Shown piece by piece: positions 1 to 29,405 of a stretch of 64,000 bases of DNA (its first letter is position 1; every line of letters begins with the position of its first letter). The notes under the pieces are model-generated. The model ran no database searches. It was not told where the DNA came from and worked only from the letters and a program-made list of their open reading frames with translations. Both the position numbers and the translations under genes were made by a program. Origin of the DNA: Octopus bimaculoides (Eukaryota); assembly GCF_001194135.2 (NCBI RefSeq), contig NC_068990.1:84932416-84996415 (forward strand), in the 5' to 3' direction.

Positions 1-376
1 TTTGTGCAACTGGGACTCAAATCATCCAATGTGCCCTCTTTTTAAAAACAGTTGGTGTGATATGAGGGAAATTTCTCTGCTTGTTGCTAGTGAAGTCATC
101 ATATAAAAGCTTGCACTTGAGCTTATCTTGTACTTAGTGAAGACATACTTTGGAATCCTTTAAAAGCTCAACAGTCCAGACTATGTAGCTATAAGCAGAC
201 ACCATAGGGTTATATAATTCTATGTTGTTATTTAGCTCCAGATAACCTCTGCACATTGTCAATCTGCCAATTTTCACTGACAAGGCGTGTTTTGATGTGG
301 TTGAAAATACAAATTTTTGTATATCATTATTTTCCCTTCATTAACTAATTTTTCAATGTTAATGGAATCTTTTCAG

Positions 377-16219
<15,843 letters not shown>

Positions 16220-16280
16220 AAGTGTTTTAAATTCTTAAATAATTGAGTTTTATTCCAATGGTTTTAATTTACATCTGTCC

Positions 16281-16286
16281 AATAAA
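16281..16286 (+). terminator. Candidate polyadenylation signal (AATAAA) for FIGNL1
   Basis: AATAAA about 60 nt after the stop, with a second one about 20 nt further; the AT-rich context makes it non-specific. Confidence 0.4.
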
Positions 16287-18218
16287 TTGAATAACACCGA
16301 AAATAAAACCGGTTATATTTTAAGTTTTAAAATATTTTTATTACGATAAAGTCTCTTGGTTCTAATGGTAGTTGTTGTTATTACTAATCATCACCATCAC
16401 CATCATCATCATCATCACTTAACATCTCCCTTCCATGCTGGTTTGGGTGGGACAGTTTGACAGGAGCCGGCCAGGTAGAGGCCTGCATCAGACTTCTGTG
16501 TCTGGTTATATATGCATGTGATATGATATTTACCATGTTTGTGCTCATTTGAATGTAGGAAGACTTATTGCGGCAGCAATATTCTTGGGAGAAATTTCTC
16601 CTCTCTGGCAACATGTAAAAATGCATCAGGCTATGAATGACATCATTGGATCATGAGACATGTTTCTGTGTTATGAATCATCATCCACGAATGCTGAATT
16701 CATCATTCATAGCCGTATCTGAATGGGAGTTCTAATGTATGAGAACAGTGAACAGCAAATTTACTGGTTTATCTGAAATTGTGTTATTTCAACCAATTTA
16801 TGTTCATGCCAACAAGAGGGTGCCCCTCCATGGTACATCGATCTACATTGTAATGTATCAAAACAGCATTCAAATCTGTTTTCTTCATATTCTAACATTT
16901 TTTTCTGTTAGAAAAAATGGCCCATATTTTCTTAGTTATCTTGCAAAACTATTTTGTATATCCCCACTTTTTTTGTCCTGGAAAGAAGGTGACTTTGAAA
17001 TGATTTAGATTTAAATAATCTAAGTAAAACAAATAACTCAAAATGATCAGAATTGTAACATCTTTTGATTAAAGCTGATCTGTGGCTGAATAGTAACTAC
17101 AATAAACATGTATAATCATATGGAATTACCATTTATTTACAATAATTATTGTCACTTGACCAAAAAATCTCATCTTATTTCCCTGTTGTTGACTCCTGGA
17201 CATACTTATAAAATAAAATTCAAAAAGTACAGATAAAAAAGAAACAAAACAATCCTTTAACTTTCAGGAACATTTTTTTAATGATCAAAATTGTCAAAGC
17301 ATGGAATAAATTTCTTGCACCAGTTGTTAGCTGTTAGCACACTGCTTCCTTCAAAAATTCCTGACACTCACCAATACGACCCCTATTGTGGTAGTGTACT
17401 CTTACCACTGTATGACTGTTACTGCTTGCTTTTCAGTCCTTTTCTGTTTTATCCTCAATACTCTGCATCCACTTTTGGTTTCCATTACTGTCTTTCTTTA
17501 CTTATAATTGCTTTCCAAATGCTGAACCCTGTTAAAGGCAACCAGGGGCCAAATAGTAATGTTAAACCCGGTGACAATTTAAGTACAATCCATTTCCAGG
17601 CTTCTGCACAGTTCCCATCTACTCTGTTTTGCCTTTAAGGCTTGGACCAACCTGAGCCTATAGCAAAAGACATTTGCTCAAGGTATCATGCATTGTGATT
17701 AAATTTCGAATCAAATGATTGCAAAATGAACATCTCAACCATATGATGACCATGCCTGAGTTCATGCTACAGGAAAAGTAAATAATCTATAACCATTATT
17801 ATGCTTTACATTTTTCTGAAGGAAGATCCAACATTTCTGATTGTCTTAAAATAACTTCTTAAGTTCTACATTCCTAGAAATATGACTGTTGCTCATTTTG
17901 AGTGGATTTAAGATGATTTCGGTGGACTTATATCACATTTATTTCTTTAGATCTCGGATGACTAATGCTTGAGTTATTGCTGCTGTTGTTTAACCCTTCT
18001 CAACCCCTGCTTAATCTTTATTGAGTAAATTTGTAATTAAAGGCATTATGACTACATTATCTAATGAGATCTTTCTTAAAGATGACAGGGCTTAAATTTG
18101 AGGGAAGTTTATGTTATTTCTACTATGAAGTAGCTCCTTTATTATCATCTTTGGTTTTAGGTTATAGAAGTGTGTAGTTATTCAGTATATGCCTTTTTAA
18201 CTTTAACTATACGATTCT

Positions 18219-18249
<31 letters not shown>

Positions 18250-18424
18250 GTGAGGACACAACCTTTCTGAGGTAGACTTATTCATCACTTGGTTTAATAC
18301 CAAGCTCTTGGATATATTTAGTGGAGTCTATTATGTTGCAATAATTCGGACTATGTTTCCTGTCTAAGGGCAAATCCTTGCAACCTACTGATTCTGCCAG
18401 TCTTTATTGTTAACGATAATGATA

Positions 18425-18635
18425 ATTAATGTTCAGGTCACTGCTTGGAATCGAACTTGGAATTTTGGGGTTAGTAGCCCATGCTCTTAACCACTATGCC
18501 ATATATTCAAGTTTGAAATTTCCCCAAGACATCTGATGAGGGCTAGAGGGTATATCAGCTGAAATGTTGTGTTAACAACAAACAAGATGAGGACAAATAT
18601 CTATCAAATGTAAATAACGTAAATAATGTAAATAA
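18425..18635 (+). mobile_element. Second hammerhead-tailed SINE copy: tRNA head inverted (minus) and joined to a plus-strand body
   Basis: 18430-18504 is the reverse complement of the 12486-12560 head; 18505-18630 matches 12605-12720. Confidence 0.75.
18528..18573 (+). ncRNA. Minimal type I hammerhead ribozyme, degenerate
   Basis: GACAU-CUGAUGA-G-GGCUA(loop)CAGCU-GAAA-UG-UU-GUGUU; core CUGAUGA and GAAA are intact. Confidence 0.6.
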
Positions 18636-21059
18636 TCCCAAAAGGATGAAAGGCAAAGTCGACCTTGGTAGCTTTGAATTTAGATTGTAAAGCTGGAAGA
18701 AATGCTGCTAAATACTTTGTCTGACACTAGTGATTCTGCCAGCTCACTGCCTTAATCCAATGCCTTAAAATGAATAATTAAATCCTTAATCCAATGCCTT
18801 AATATGAATAATTAAATACCATTCATCCATCATCATCGACATTTGATGTTCGCTTTCCATGCTGGCATGGGTTGGATGGTTTGACTGAGGGCTGGTGAGT
18901 CAGGAGGCTGCACCAGGCTTCAATCTGATCTGGCAATGTTTCTACAGCTGGATGTCCTTCCTAACGCTAATCACTCTGAGAGTGTAGTGGGTGCTTTTTA
19001 CGTGTCACCAGCATGAGGGCCAGTCAGGTTGCACTGGCAACAATTACGCTTGGATGATGCCTTTTACGTGCCACTGGCACGGGACCACTCAGGGTGTATT
19101 GGCATCAACCACGCTCAAATGGTGCTTTTTACGTGCCACTGGCATGGGTGCCAATCGGGCAGTACTGTCATCGGCCATGACAGCAACTTCACTTGCCTTA
19201 ACAGGTCTTCACAAGTGTTATGTACTGCCCAATGATTGAAGGGTACTCTTAAATGGGCTGGATATGCTGCACTGACACAGGCCACGGTTATGGTGCATCC
19301 ATAAATAAATAAATAAATGCATGTTAAATGTTAAGGGGTTAAAGTTAATCTTAGGGAGATTAGAATTAATAACTGATTTCAAGCACTTTTGTATCTTTAG
19401 GTAATATTCAGAAGATATTGAGAAGATATTAAATCTACAGTTATGAAAATATTTTGGGGGCCAAATAGATGAGAACATTACAAAAACCTGGTAAGGACAG
19501 AACATTAGGAAATATTTTGTCCAATAGAATTTTGCTCACCAATATCAATTTATGGAAAGCATTTTTATCAATTTGAAATTTCAGTCTAGAAAAAGTAACC
19601 ATCGCTGTGATATCATTAGTAATTTGATTGTCTGATAGAACTGAAAGGAAGTGAAAATTATTAATAAAATGAAATCCTTATTTTTTTTACTGTTTATTTT
19701 TCTGTTATTTTCTGTTTTATTCTGTGAACTGTGCATGCACATTTTGTTTTTGTTGTTGTCTTTCTTTATTTCACTGAATGCTGTTTTTTGGTATTCATTT
19801 TTACCCTTTGCAGATGTTTTGTGGTGCATCTGAGCTCTGTATACAATAAAGTCATTATTATTACTAAATGACAAGCTGGCAGAATTGTTACTGGACAAAA
19901 TGCTTTGCAGCATTTCCCCTGGCTCTTTTCATACTGAGTTCAAATGTCACCAAGGTTTACTTCACTTTTCATCCTTTCAGGGTCAGTAAAATAGGCACCA
20001 GTTAAGAAGTGGGGTTGATGTAATCAACTTGCTCCCTCCCCAAAATTTCAAACTTTGTGCCTAAAGTAGAAAGGATTATCATCATTAAGGTGGAGAGCTG
20101 GCAAAATTCTTAGTGCATCGGACAAAATACTCCACAACATTTCTTTTGGCTTTTTACGTCCTGAGTTCAAATTCTACTGAGGTTGACTTCACCTTTCATT
20201 CTTTCAGGAGTGATAAAATAAATACCAGTTGATCACTGGGGTCGATGGTAACAAGTAGTCTCCTCCCTCAAAATTTAAGGCTTTATGCCTATAGTTGAGA
20301 GAATTATTATTCTTATTAAAACCGAACAAAAGTTCAAATCTAGTTAAAATTAAGCATGCTATTCTAGAATGTTATTTCTTTCTCTTTCCTATCAGCTGCA
20401 GACACATGTTTTGATATCTTTGTAATCTTCTCAGTAGAGTTCATGGACAATTATTGAATTTAAGTTAAAGTTAAGTTTTTCAGAGCTATGCATGAACATA
20501 GTTTTCTTGGAAACATGAAATGAAATAGTAGTGTGACCAAAGAGACATCTTCATCCATCAAATTAGATGGGTTTAGTAATATCCAGATGTTTTTCATTAG
20601 AGAAATTCACACAAATTTCACTGGGGAAGTTCATTCAAATCAGTGGAGTTTTGTTTTGTAAGGACGAAAATAACACGTACTGTGTAATATATATATATTC
20701 TATGGTGCAACTAGTTCCTTTTGCTGATCAATAGTCAAAGACTTATATATAGAATCAGAAATGGAATGAATGTCTTTGTACTTTGAATTCTAGGCTGACT
20801 CTAATATAGTATTTTGTATCCTATGGAATTTCACACTATATTTTACAGTAAACAATAATTACTTCTGTCAGAAAAATGAAATGATTAACAACGACAGATC
20901 ATCTACCCTTCCTTGATCTGAGCTAAACAAAAAAGTTAAAAAGAAAATAATAATAAAAAGACCCAATAAATATGTAATTTTTTGCTTTATCCTTTCTCAA
21001 AGAGAAACAGTTTTTTTTTATACTTACTATATACAAATTCTTAGTGATAGATATTTATT

Positions 21060-21325
21060 TTACATCCAAGGGCCCCATACACCATTATTTGCAAATGGAT
21101 CTGCTCTCAGATCCATATAAGGATTATGACAGGGAACAGCTGTCTTATTGTAAAATGCAAGTCTGTCTAAAATCATTCGCAGCTTTTGAGGATAAGCATC
21201 TGATAAATCTTTCCTTTCCAACGGATCTCTGGCAATGTTAAACATCCAGACATTTTTCTCTGGAGGATCTCTGTCTTGCATGGTTAAATCCTTCATGTAG
21301 TGGGGTGCCAACCAGTGACCGCGAC
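21060..21325 (-). CDS. ARSB: Sulfatase last exon (GRGHWLAP...[16 protein letters not shown]...GVWGPWM*)
   Basis: ttgtttcag|GT; LFNI..DP.E..DLS-type motif; TAA at 21060-21062. Confidence 0.95.
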
Positions 21326-24300
21326 CTGAAACAACAAAACAATTACAGACTTAGACTGTAATTAGATGTTAATTTTAGTAGTCAAGTAGCTCAAGTTTTA
21401 TCAAAGTTACGTCCCTTGATAGAGTTACTTCCCCAGTTTACACAAACGCCTACAAAAACTAAGAGATGTGACTGGCCATCGGTGTACGAACAATAAAGAC
21501 ACCTGATGCCTCCCACCCCCATTTCTTCCTTTTTATAAGACTTTTTCACTGTTTGCTTCCTGTGCATACTCCATGTACTGTTCGTGCAATTCTGATAACT
21601 TTTTCTGATGGGTTGTTGTGCACCTGAGCACTGTATACAATAAGTTAATTATTATAATTAAATATGGGTACACCAAATACCATACAACATGAGTTACCAC
21701 CACATCTAGAAGATGTGTCACAGTTAGCAAATGAGAGAAGATAATCTCAAAGATCAAGGAATCTCCATTGTTGACGTAACATTAACGAAAGAGACAGGTT
21801 TGTTGTCTGGAGATAAGAGGGTAACTATGGACAAGTGTTTCTGCCTCAGTAGGTTTCATCAGCATGGCTGTTAGCCTACCTTATCTCCAGTAGCCACATT
21901 TATGGGCCTAGGTAATAAATTAAACAAAAATAAGCAAAGCGAAATCTCTCAGAGTGGTTAGTGGCATGTATTTGAGTAACGTAGATAAATACAGGTATCC
22001 CTTCTCAAACGGAGCTGGGTTTATTTGCCATTTGAGACAGGTGGAGATAATTTTAATGAATTAAGAAGTCATATTGTATTTGATATTCGTGTATTAAGTT
22101 GATCATCAAAATACCCTCTAAGCAAAATAAACTGATTGTTGCTTAGAGTACAAAGAAAATTAAATTCTTGTGCGGTTACTGCAAAATAAGTAATATCATT
22201 GTAATAATTGATTCCTTATTTACTGAAAAATGTAATATTTAATAAAAGTAAAGGTCACATCATGTGGAGAGATGAAAATACCAACATTTATTTCTGACTT
22301 TCACAATTCTTTTGGATTAATTATTGCTACATAGTTACACACAAGATTCTTCTAATTCTGAATTTTACCTGTGTAATGCATGGTTTAGAAGTGGGGTCCT
22401 TTTCAAAGGCTGGTTCTGAACAAAAAGTGTATTTCTACTATTTATGTCATGCTATTTTAGCTTACCTTGTTTGCCTGTCATAACTTTCCATGCTCCAAAT
22501 CGAATCGATGCTTTGATCCTTGTGTCAAATTTTGTACCTGACAATTTATCACCATGTGGATAGTGGCAGGAGTCTATGTTGAACAGTATCTCTTTACGTT
22601 TTGTCTGGGTACCATAACTGTAAGAAAAGAAAGAAAGAAGGAAAAATATGACTATGACATGTTGAAAACACCAATAAAAACAGCAGTATTTATTCTTAAT
22701 GATATCAATAGTTGAGTTCCTTTCTTCTTGCCTATCCTTTTCCTTGAGATCTTTAGTGAAAGTAATATTGCATCACTTGTTTAAAATTTCTCAAAGATTT
22801 ATTTTATATCATGCATTTGTTGAACAATGAGCATTATTAGTTCCAGATTTCCAATAGCCTAATCACTGGTTCGATATATTGTTTAACGAAGGTGGCAAGC
22901 TGGCCGAATCGTTAGCACGCCGTGCGAAATGCTTAGTGGTATTTCGTCTGTCCTTATGTTCTGAGTTCCATTTCCACCGAAGTTGATTTTGCCTTTCATC
23001 CATTTGGGTTGATAAATTGAGTACAAGTTGTGAAATGGGGTTGATCTAATCGACTGGCTCCCTCCCCCAAAATTTCAGACCTTGTGCCTACAGTAGAAAG
23101 GATTGTTAGATATTTATAAGGCAGTGAGCTGGCAGAATCGTTAGCACACCGGGCAAAATGCTTAGCAGTATTTTGTTTGTCTTTATGTTCTGAGTTCAAA
23201 TTCCACCAAGGTCAACTTTGCCTTTTATTCTTTCGGGGTCGATAAATTAAGTAAATTAAGTATACTGGGGTCAATCTAGTCGACTGGCTCCCTCTCAAAA
23301 ATTTCGGGCCTTGTGCCCAGAGTAGAAAAGAATATATTGTTGACAGAAATAATGAAAAGTGATGACTGTAAAATGTAAGAGAACAAATTACCACACTGCT
23401 GAAAAAGACAAGCTTAGCACATCCCTCTTGGGGGATGCCTTTGAGATATCTATAACGAAGTAAGTGTGGGCTTGATATGTGTTGCCTAGGTTGTGGCTGC
23501 ATAGTGCATGGTTGGGGAATATGAAATGGGAATGAAGAAAAGAAATGTTGATGGTGGATTTGGAAGCGTGAGTTCTCCCAATGAGTGAAATCAGATAGTG
23601 GTTGAGAGAGTCCTCCTTCCATTTGTCTCTCTCTCTCTAGGTTTCCTTAACATTGAAGTTTTTTTTACTAAGGATTAACAACAACAACAACAAAAAATTG
23701 TATGGAAGACAATCTGGACAAACCTGATACTTTTCCACTGGTCATAACCAGCAAGATCCTTGGTTCCATTTAGACTGCCTCCAGCCAGTCGCACAAATGT
23801 TGGGAACCAGTCTGATATGTGTATTAGTTGTCTTGAAATGATACGATTTCGTTTTAATAGCTTGCTATATACAAATCCTACACCGCGTATACCTCCTTCC
23901 CAATACCGGCCTTTTCCACCACGAAGGGGCCAGTTTGATGATCCCTTTATTGTGCTGCCACCATTATCTGTTGGAAAGAAAAGAAAAGAAATTCACATAA
24001 TTAGGAGGTTTTGGCTGAGGTTACTTGTCCTGGGATCATGTGATTGTATTAAGGTGGGTGATAGATTAGGTCACCACCCAAGTACAGGAACAATCCCATT
24101 GATGGGCCTCTAAACAGTTTTTGTCAACCATGTTTCAGTCTTTAGGCCATGTGGAAAATTCTTGCCAAAGATGGTGTGGAGTGGTATTGAATCCATTAAA
24201 CTGGGGGACTAAACAACATTTTGTAACAACTCTTTTACTCTTTTACTTGTTTCAGTCATTTGACTGCGGCCATGCTGGAACACCACCTCTAGTCGAGCAA

Positions 24301-27300
24301 ATTGACCCCAGGACTTATTCTTTGTAAGCCTCGTACTTATTCTATCGGTCTCTTTTGCCGAACCGCTAAGTTACAGGGACGTAAACACACCAGCATCGGT
24401 TGTCAAGCAAAGTTGGGGGGACAAACACAGACACACAAACTTATACACACACATACATATATATACATATATACGACGGGCTTCTTTCAGTTTCCATCTA
24501 CCAAATCCACTCACAAGGCTTTGGTCAGCCCGAGGCTACAGTAGAAGACACTTGCCCAAGGTGCCATGCAGTGGGACTGAACCCAGAACCATGTGGTTGG
24601 TAAGCAAGCTACTTACCACACAGCCAAACCAGTGATCTATATGCTTAACATACAAAAAAAAAGATCCCCTGGAAAATCTCTCTCAGATCCACCCTGTCAA
24701 TTGAAACAAATAGATGGAGACATGAGATGATAAGGTATAACATAGATACACAATATCTGAAAAATAAGTGGAATGGTCACAACTGGAGTGCCTTTGATCA
24801 TAGGTCTCTTCCGTCAGGACTGATAAGGGTCTAAACAACAATGATAAAACAACTAATGTGAAATGTCATCATTGTTTGACTGCAGAAGCAGACAGCCATC
24901 ATCCTACCGCTTGACCAATTATAGTATCTATAATTAATGATCAAATCCTGATTAATAACCAGGATCATTAGTGAGATTTTAATCTGTATGCAGAATTTGA
25001 ATCGTTAGGCAAAAACTGAACTCAGAATGTAAAGATCCAGGACTATTACTATGAAGCTTTTCATCTGCTGATTTAGCAATTTCACCATAGGCAGAGTTGA
25101 CCTCAGTGAGATTTGAAGCCAGTTTACAGAGAATCAAAGCAAATACTACATGGCATTTTATTTGATATGCTAATGACTTAGCAAATTCACTGACTTAATA
25201 AAAAAAAAGTAGAATAAAAAAAAGCATTAAAAAAAACAAAGCAAAATTTTATAACCTGTTGAAAACACAAAGATAGTATTTTTCCACATCATTTTCTTCT
25301 TGAGGAGCGTAATGAGATATCCAATGCTTTCATCAATGCAGGACACCATTCCTACAGATTAGAGAATCCTGGATTACTATTTCTGTATACACAATAGTTA
25401 TTTATTGGATAAAAATTGTTGGGGTTTTGAACGCACATTTATGGCAACACCTCAACACAAATGTATTATAACACATGTGACAAGAGTTACAGCATATGAT
25501 TAGAATCAACACATGTAAACACATGTAAACACATGTAAACACATGTAAACAGAACATATATAAATACAATTACAACATACCTAATCACCGTTCCAATTGA
25601 AGTTACCACAGTTCATCTCCCTCTTTTCTCTCTCTCTCTCTTACACACACAAGCACACACATTATAATTAACCACACATAAATATAATACAAATAATCAC
25701 TATCTACCATGCATATATGCTTAGAATTATCTCATACAATTACAATCACAGGTAATTTATAACCATAAATATAATTACAATTAATATAAACAATTATGAC
25801 ATGTCGTCACAAATGCAACGCCCACACAATTCCAATTTGGACCCATTTCATTTCAATTACAGCACATAATAACAATTAAAAATAGACGTAATTACAGTTA
25901 TGATACATGTAATCATAATTACAAGATGCATTGTTCCATATGGGCCAAATGAAGTGTAATATCTTTTATTCATTGCTTTGATAGATAATAATTATATAAA
26001 AAGGAAATGTAGAACATCAGACTTAATTCATTACATTATTTTAATTTTTCATGTCCTGGAAACACTGTGAACGCAGGGGTGACAAAAAGGGAAGGCAATG
26101 AAGGTTGAATTTGAGCACTAAAAAGACAAAAATGTAAGACATTGACTCCATGTGCTTCTTTAATAGTCAGATGTTCTTTCTGTCACTTACTCTCTAATAA
26201 AGGATATTTCTATGATTTGCATGAAACTGGTCTGCAGTACCAAAAGGGTTGGAGACCATTGCGTGTTGTTCCTACGAGTCTGTTAACTTTAATTGGTGAA
26301 ATAAACCAAACTCACTGACCTGCTAGTCTCCTCCTTTCTCCTGAGGGTATCCAAGAATTCTTGTAGAGTTCTTTGTACTTCAGTGGCACCTTCAAAGGGG
26401 TATGTACTGCTTGCAGGGACAGGAGTAAGAACATTGGCTGAAATGAAATCAAACAAACGAGTTTAGAGGTTTTTGTATGTATGTGTATGTGATAATGTGT
26501 GTGTGAGTGAGTGAGAGAGAGAGAGAGAGAGTGAATGAGTGAGTATGTGTATGTGTGGATCTGTGTGGTAAGTATATGCACATATGTGGATATGTGTTTG
26601 TGAGAGTGTATATATAATAATGCGTGTATGTATGTGGATCTGTGTGCTATGCATATGCACATATGTGGATGTGTGTTAATTAATATTAAAATATAAGCTG
26701 TGGAGCGACAGAATCAGAACATCGGGTAAAATGTTTTTGCTGTATTTAGTTACAGTTCTTTACACTCTGAGTTCCAATACAGCCAAAGTCAACATTGCTT
26801 CCTGGGGTCACATCATTAAGATGTAGATTAGAAGTTAAAACTTCCTACAGGATGTTGGACAGAATGTCTTTTGGTATTAAGTTACATACCATTACGCTCT
26901 GAGTTCAAATCCTTAAGGTGTTAGTTTTATCTTTCATCCTTCCAGGATCAATTAAATAAAACACCAGTCAAATTAATCTATAAGTTAATCTACAGGGTGT
27001 CCACAAGGTCTGGGTACATGGAGTAAATGAAATCATAACATAAACAATTAAATATAAGAAATAATAATTTCTTAAAGTATGTGTTAATCTTCATGTGGGT
27101 ACATGGAGTAAATGAAATCATAATATAAACAATTAAATATAAGAAATAATTTCTTAAAGTATGTGTTAATCTCCATGTACCCAGACTTTGTGGACACCCT
27201 GTATATTCCTTTAAGACAGCCGAGATGAGACTAAAAGTATAATAGATAACAAAGAAGATTTTTTGCCTTTTCTCTCTCTGTTAAGCTCATGGGAGTCGTT

Positions 27301-28828
27301 TTGTTAATATATTTCTGTTAAAATACTCTTCCTTTGTTCCTTTGTGTCTCTTCATTTTGAAAATAATGAAGAATTTAGGAAAATAACTTTGTCATTGTTA
27401 ATCTGGTGTTTGGAACTTGAATTAACATGAAATTTTGATGGAAGATTCTAATTTAGATCACCTTAAGCAGAAAAATTGTATCATAGAACTACGAGCAGTC
27501 TTAGGCAGGTGATATCAAAAAGGTTAATAAATACGAATGAAATTGAGATCTTAAAACCAAGGTGCCATGTAAAAAGTATTAGAATGGTTGCTAGTGCCTT
27601 GTAAGAAGCACTGGTGATGGAGCCATGTAAAAAACAGCCAGTACACTCTGAAAAGTGGTTGGCATTAGGAAGGGCATCCAGCCATAGAGACGAAACCAAA
27701 ACAGACTGTGGAACCTGTTGTGGCCCCCAGGCCTTTCCAGTCCCTGCCAAGCCACCTGACCCATATCAGCATGGAAAATGGACATTAAATGTTGATGATG
27801 ATGAGATGAAGATTCAATAAGTGAGAAGTGTCAACTACTTCAGCTATCCACGAAATAACGTAATTACTTTTTTAGTGTTGTGTTTTCTAATGAGTTGAGC
27901 CGCTTTCTTTGTGAAGAGATGAGTTGAATATATTCGCTTATTCTTGTAACTGAAGTCGGGTGTCGTATTATTCCAAAGATCATATCCACAGTAACCCAGG
28001 AAACAGCGCCGATGTGTGTAATGGTTGCCACTGCCAGTGAGGAGACCTTGAGATAAATAAATAAATAAATAAATAAACATGTAATCATTCATTGAATATA
28101 TTGATAGATCAATAGATAATAATCAATTTCAGTGAAGCCATGACTACTTGTCATAGAACTCCGTTACTTTAGGCTGATCGTCAATAACCTCCATTGACTG
28201 TCTGGGGTTGTCGTTGGTATATTCTAAACCCATTGGACAAACTTGGTTGTCCTGACATCGACATCTGGACGCACGTTGAGAATGCTTCTTTCTCTTAGAA
28301 TGTCTTAGAATGTCTAAGAAAGGCGGCGAGCTGGCAGAAACGTTAGCACACCGGGCGAAATATTCAGCGGTATTTCGTCTGCCGCTACGTTCTGAGTTCA
28401 AATTCCGCCGAGGTCGACTTTGCCTGTCATCCTTTCGGGGTCGATATAATCGACTTAATCCGTTTGTCTGTCCTTGTTTGTCCCCTCTGTGTGTAGCCCC
28501 TTGTGGGCAGTAAAGAAATAAGAATGTCATTCCTCTTCTGGGAGCCTCCAGCTCTTTCCCGACCCTGAGCACGAAATACCTTGCAACTTACGAGAAGCCT
28601 TGAGCCACTGTGATTGGTGGCTTCAATCAATAAACACAAAGTGCCTTCCTGCTGCTTCTTGTGTCAAATTGGAATCTGCCGTATGGATGCTGCGTTGCAT
28701 TGAGAATGAGCCGAAATTTGGCACATGTCACGTGATATTACTTTTCGTTATCTTCCACGCATGGCTCACTAAAACTGTGTTTAGAAACACCCAGTTACCT
28801 AGCGCACTCTGTAATAAGAAACATTCGT

Positions 28829-28875
<47 letters not shown>

Positions 28876-29366
28876 CACCATCAACATTAAATTAAATTAG
28901 ATACTTTATAAACATCAATCCAATACAAAAATGCTGTGCACAGAACCGCCTCTCTGTCTTGGATTCATGTTTATTAAGTAGCTAATCCAATTTAATATTT
29001 AGAATGAAAACCTTTAATTATTTTAGTTTATATACTATTATTATTATTATCATTATTTAGCAGAAGCAACAGAGTGACTCAAGGGATGAAAGTTTCGTGT
29101 GTGTCACTATGTTGGTTATGTTAAATATTAAAAAATATATTTTGAGTTCTATTTTTCTTGTTTGCATCACCAAACCTATATCTTTATACACATATATATA
29201 TATCTTTTAAGAGTAAAAGGAAGAGTTAGGAGGATTGGTATGAGGTAGATAACCAAGTGAAGTGGTAGGGGGCTGGTAACTTTATAACAGATGTTATCAG
29301 AGAGATGCTTACTTCTGTCCATCACACACACACACACACAGAGCTTCACGCGCGCATAACATATCC

Positions 29367-29405
<39 letters not shown>

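Noticed and set aside
1-376. Possible upstream FIGNL1 exon
   Set aside because: No splice-bounded segment resembling the FIGNL1 N-terminus; the start lies outside the window.
25509-25548. (ACACATGTAA)4 repeat and the ~89-bp duplication at 1758-1900
   Set aside because: Ordinary local slippage repeats with no further structure.
28144-28572. 142-aa ORF and similar ORFs at 5475, 15214, 22996, 24302, 39536 and 63614
   Set aside because: They are recurrent translations of SINE copies.
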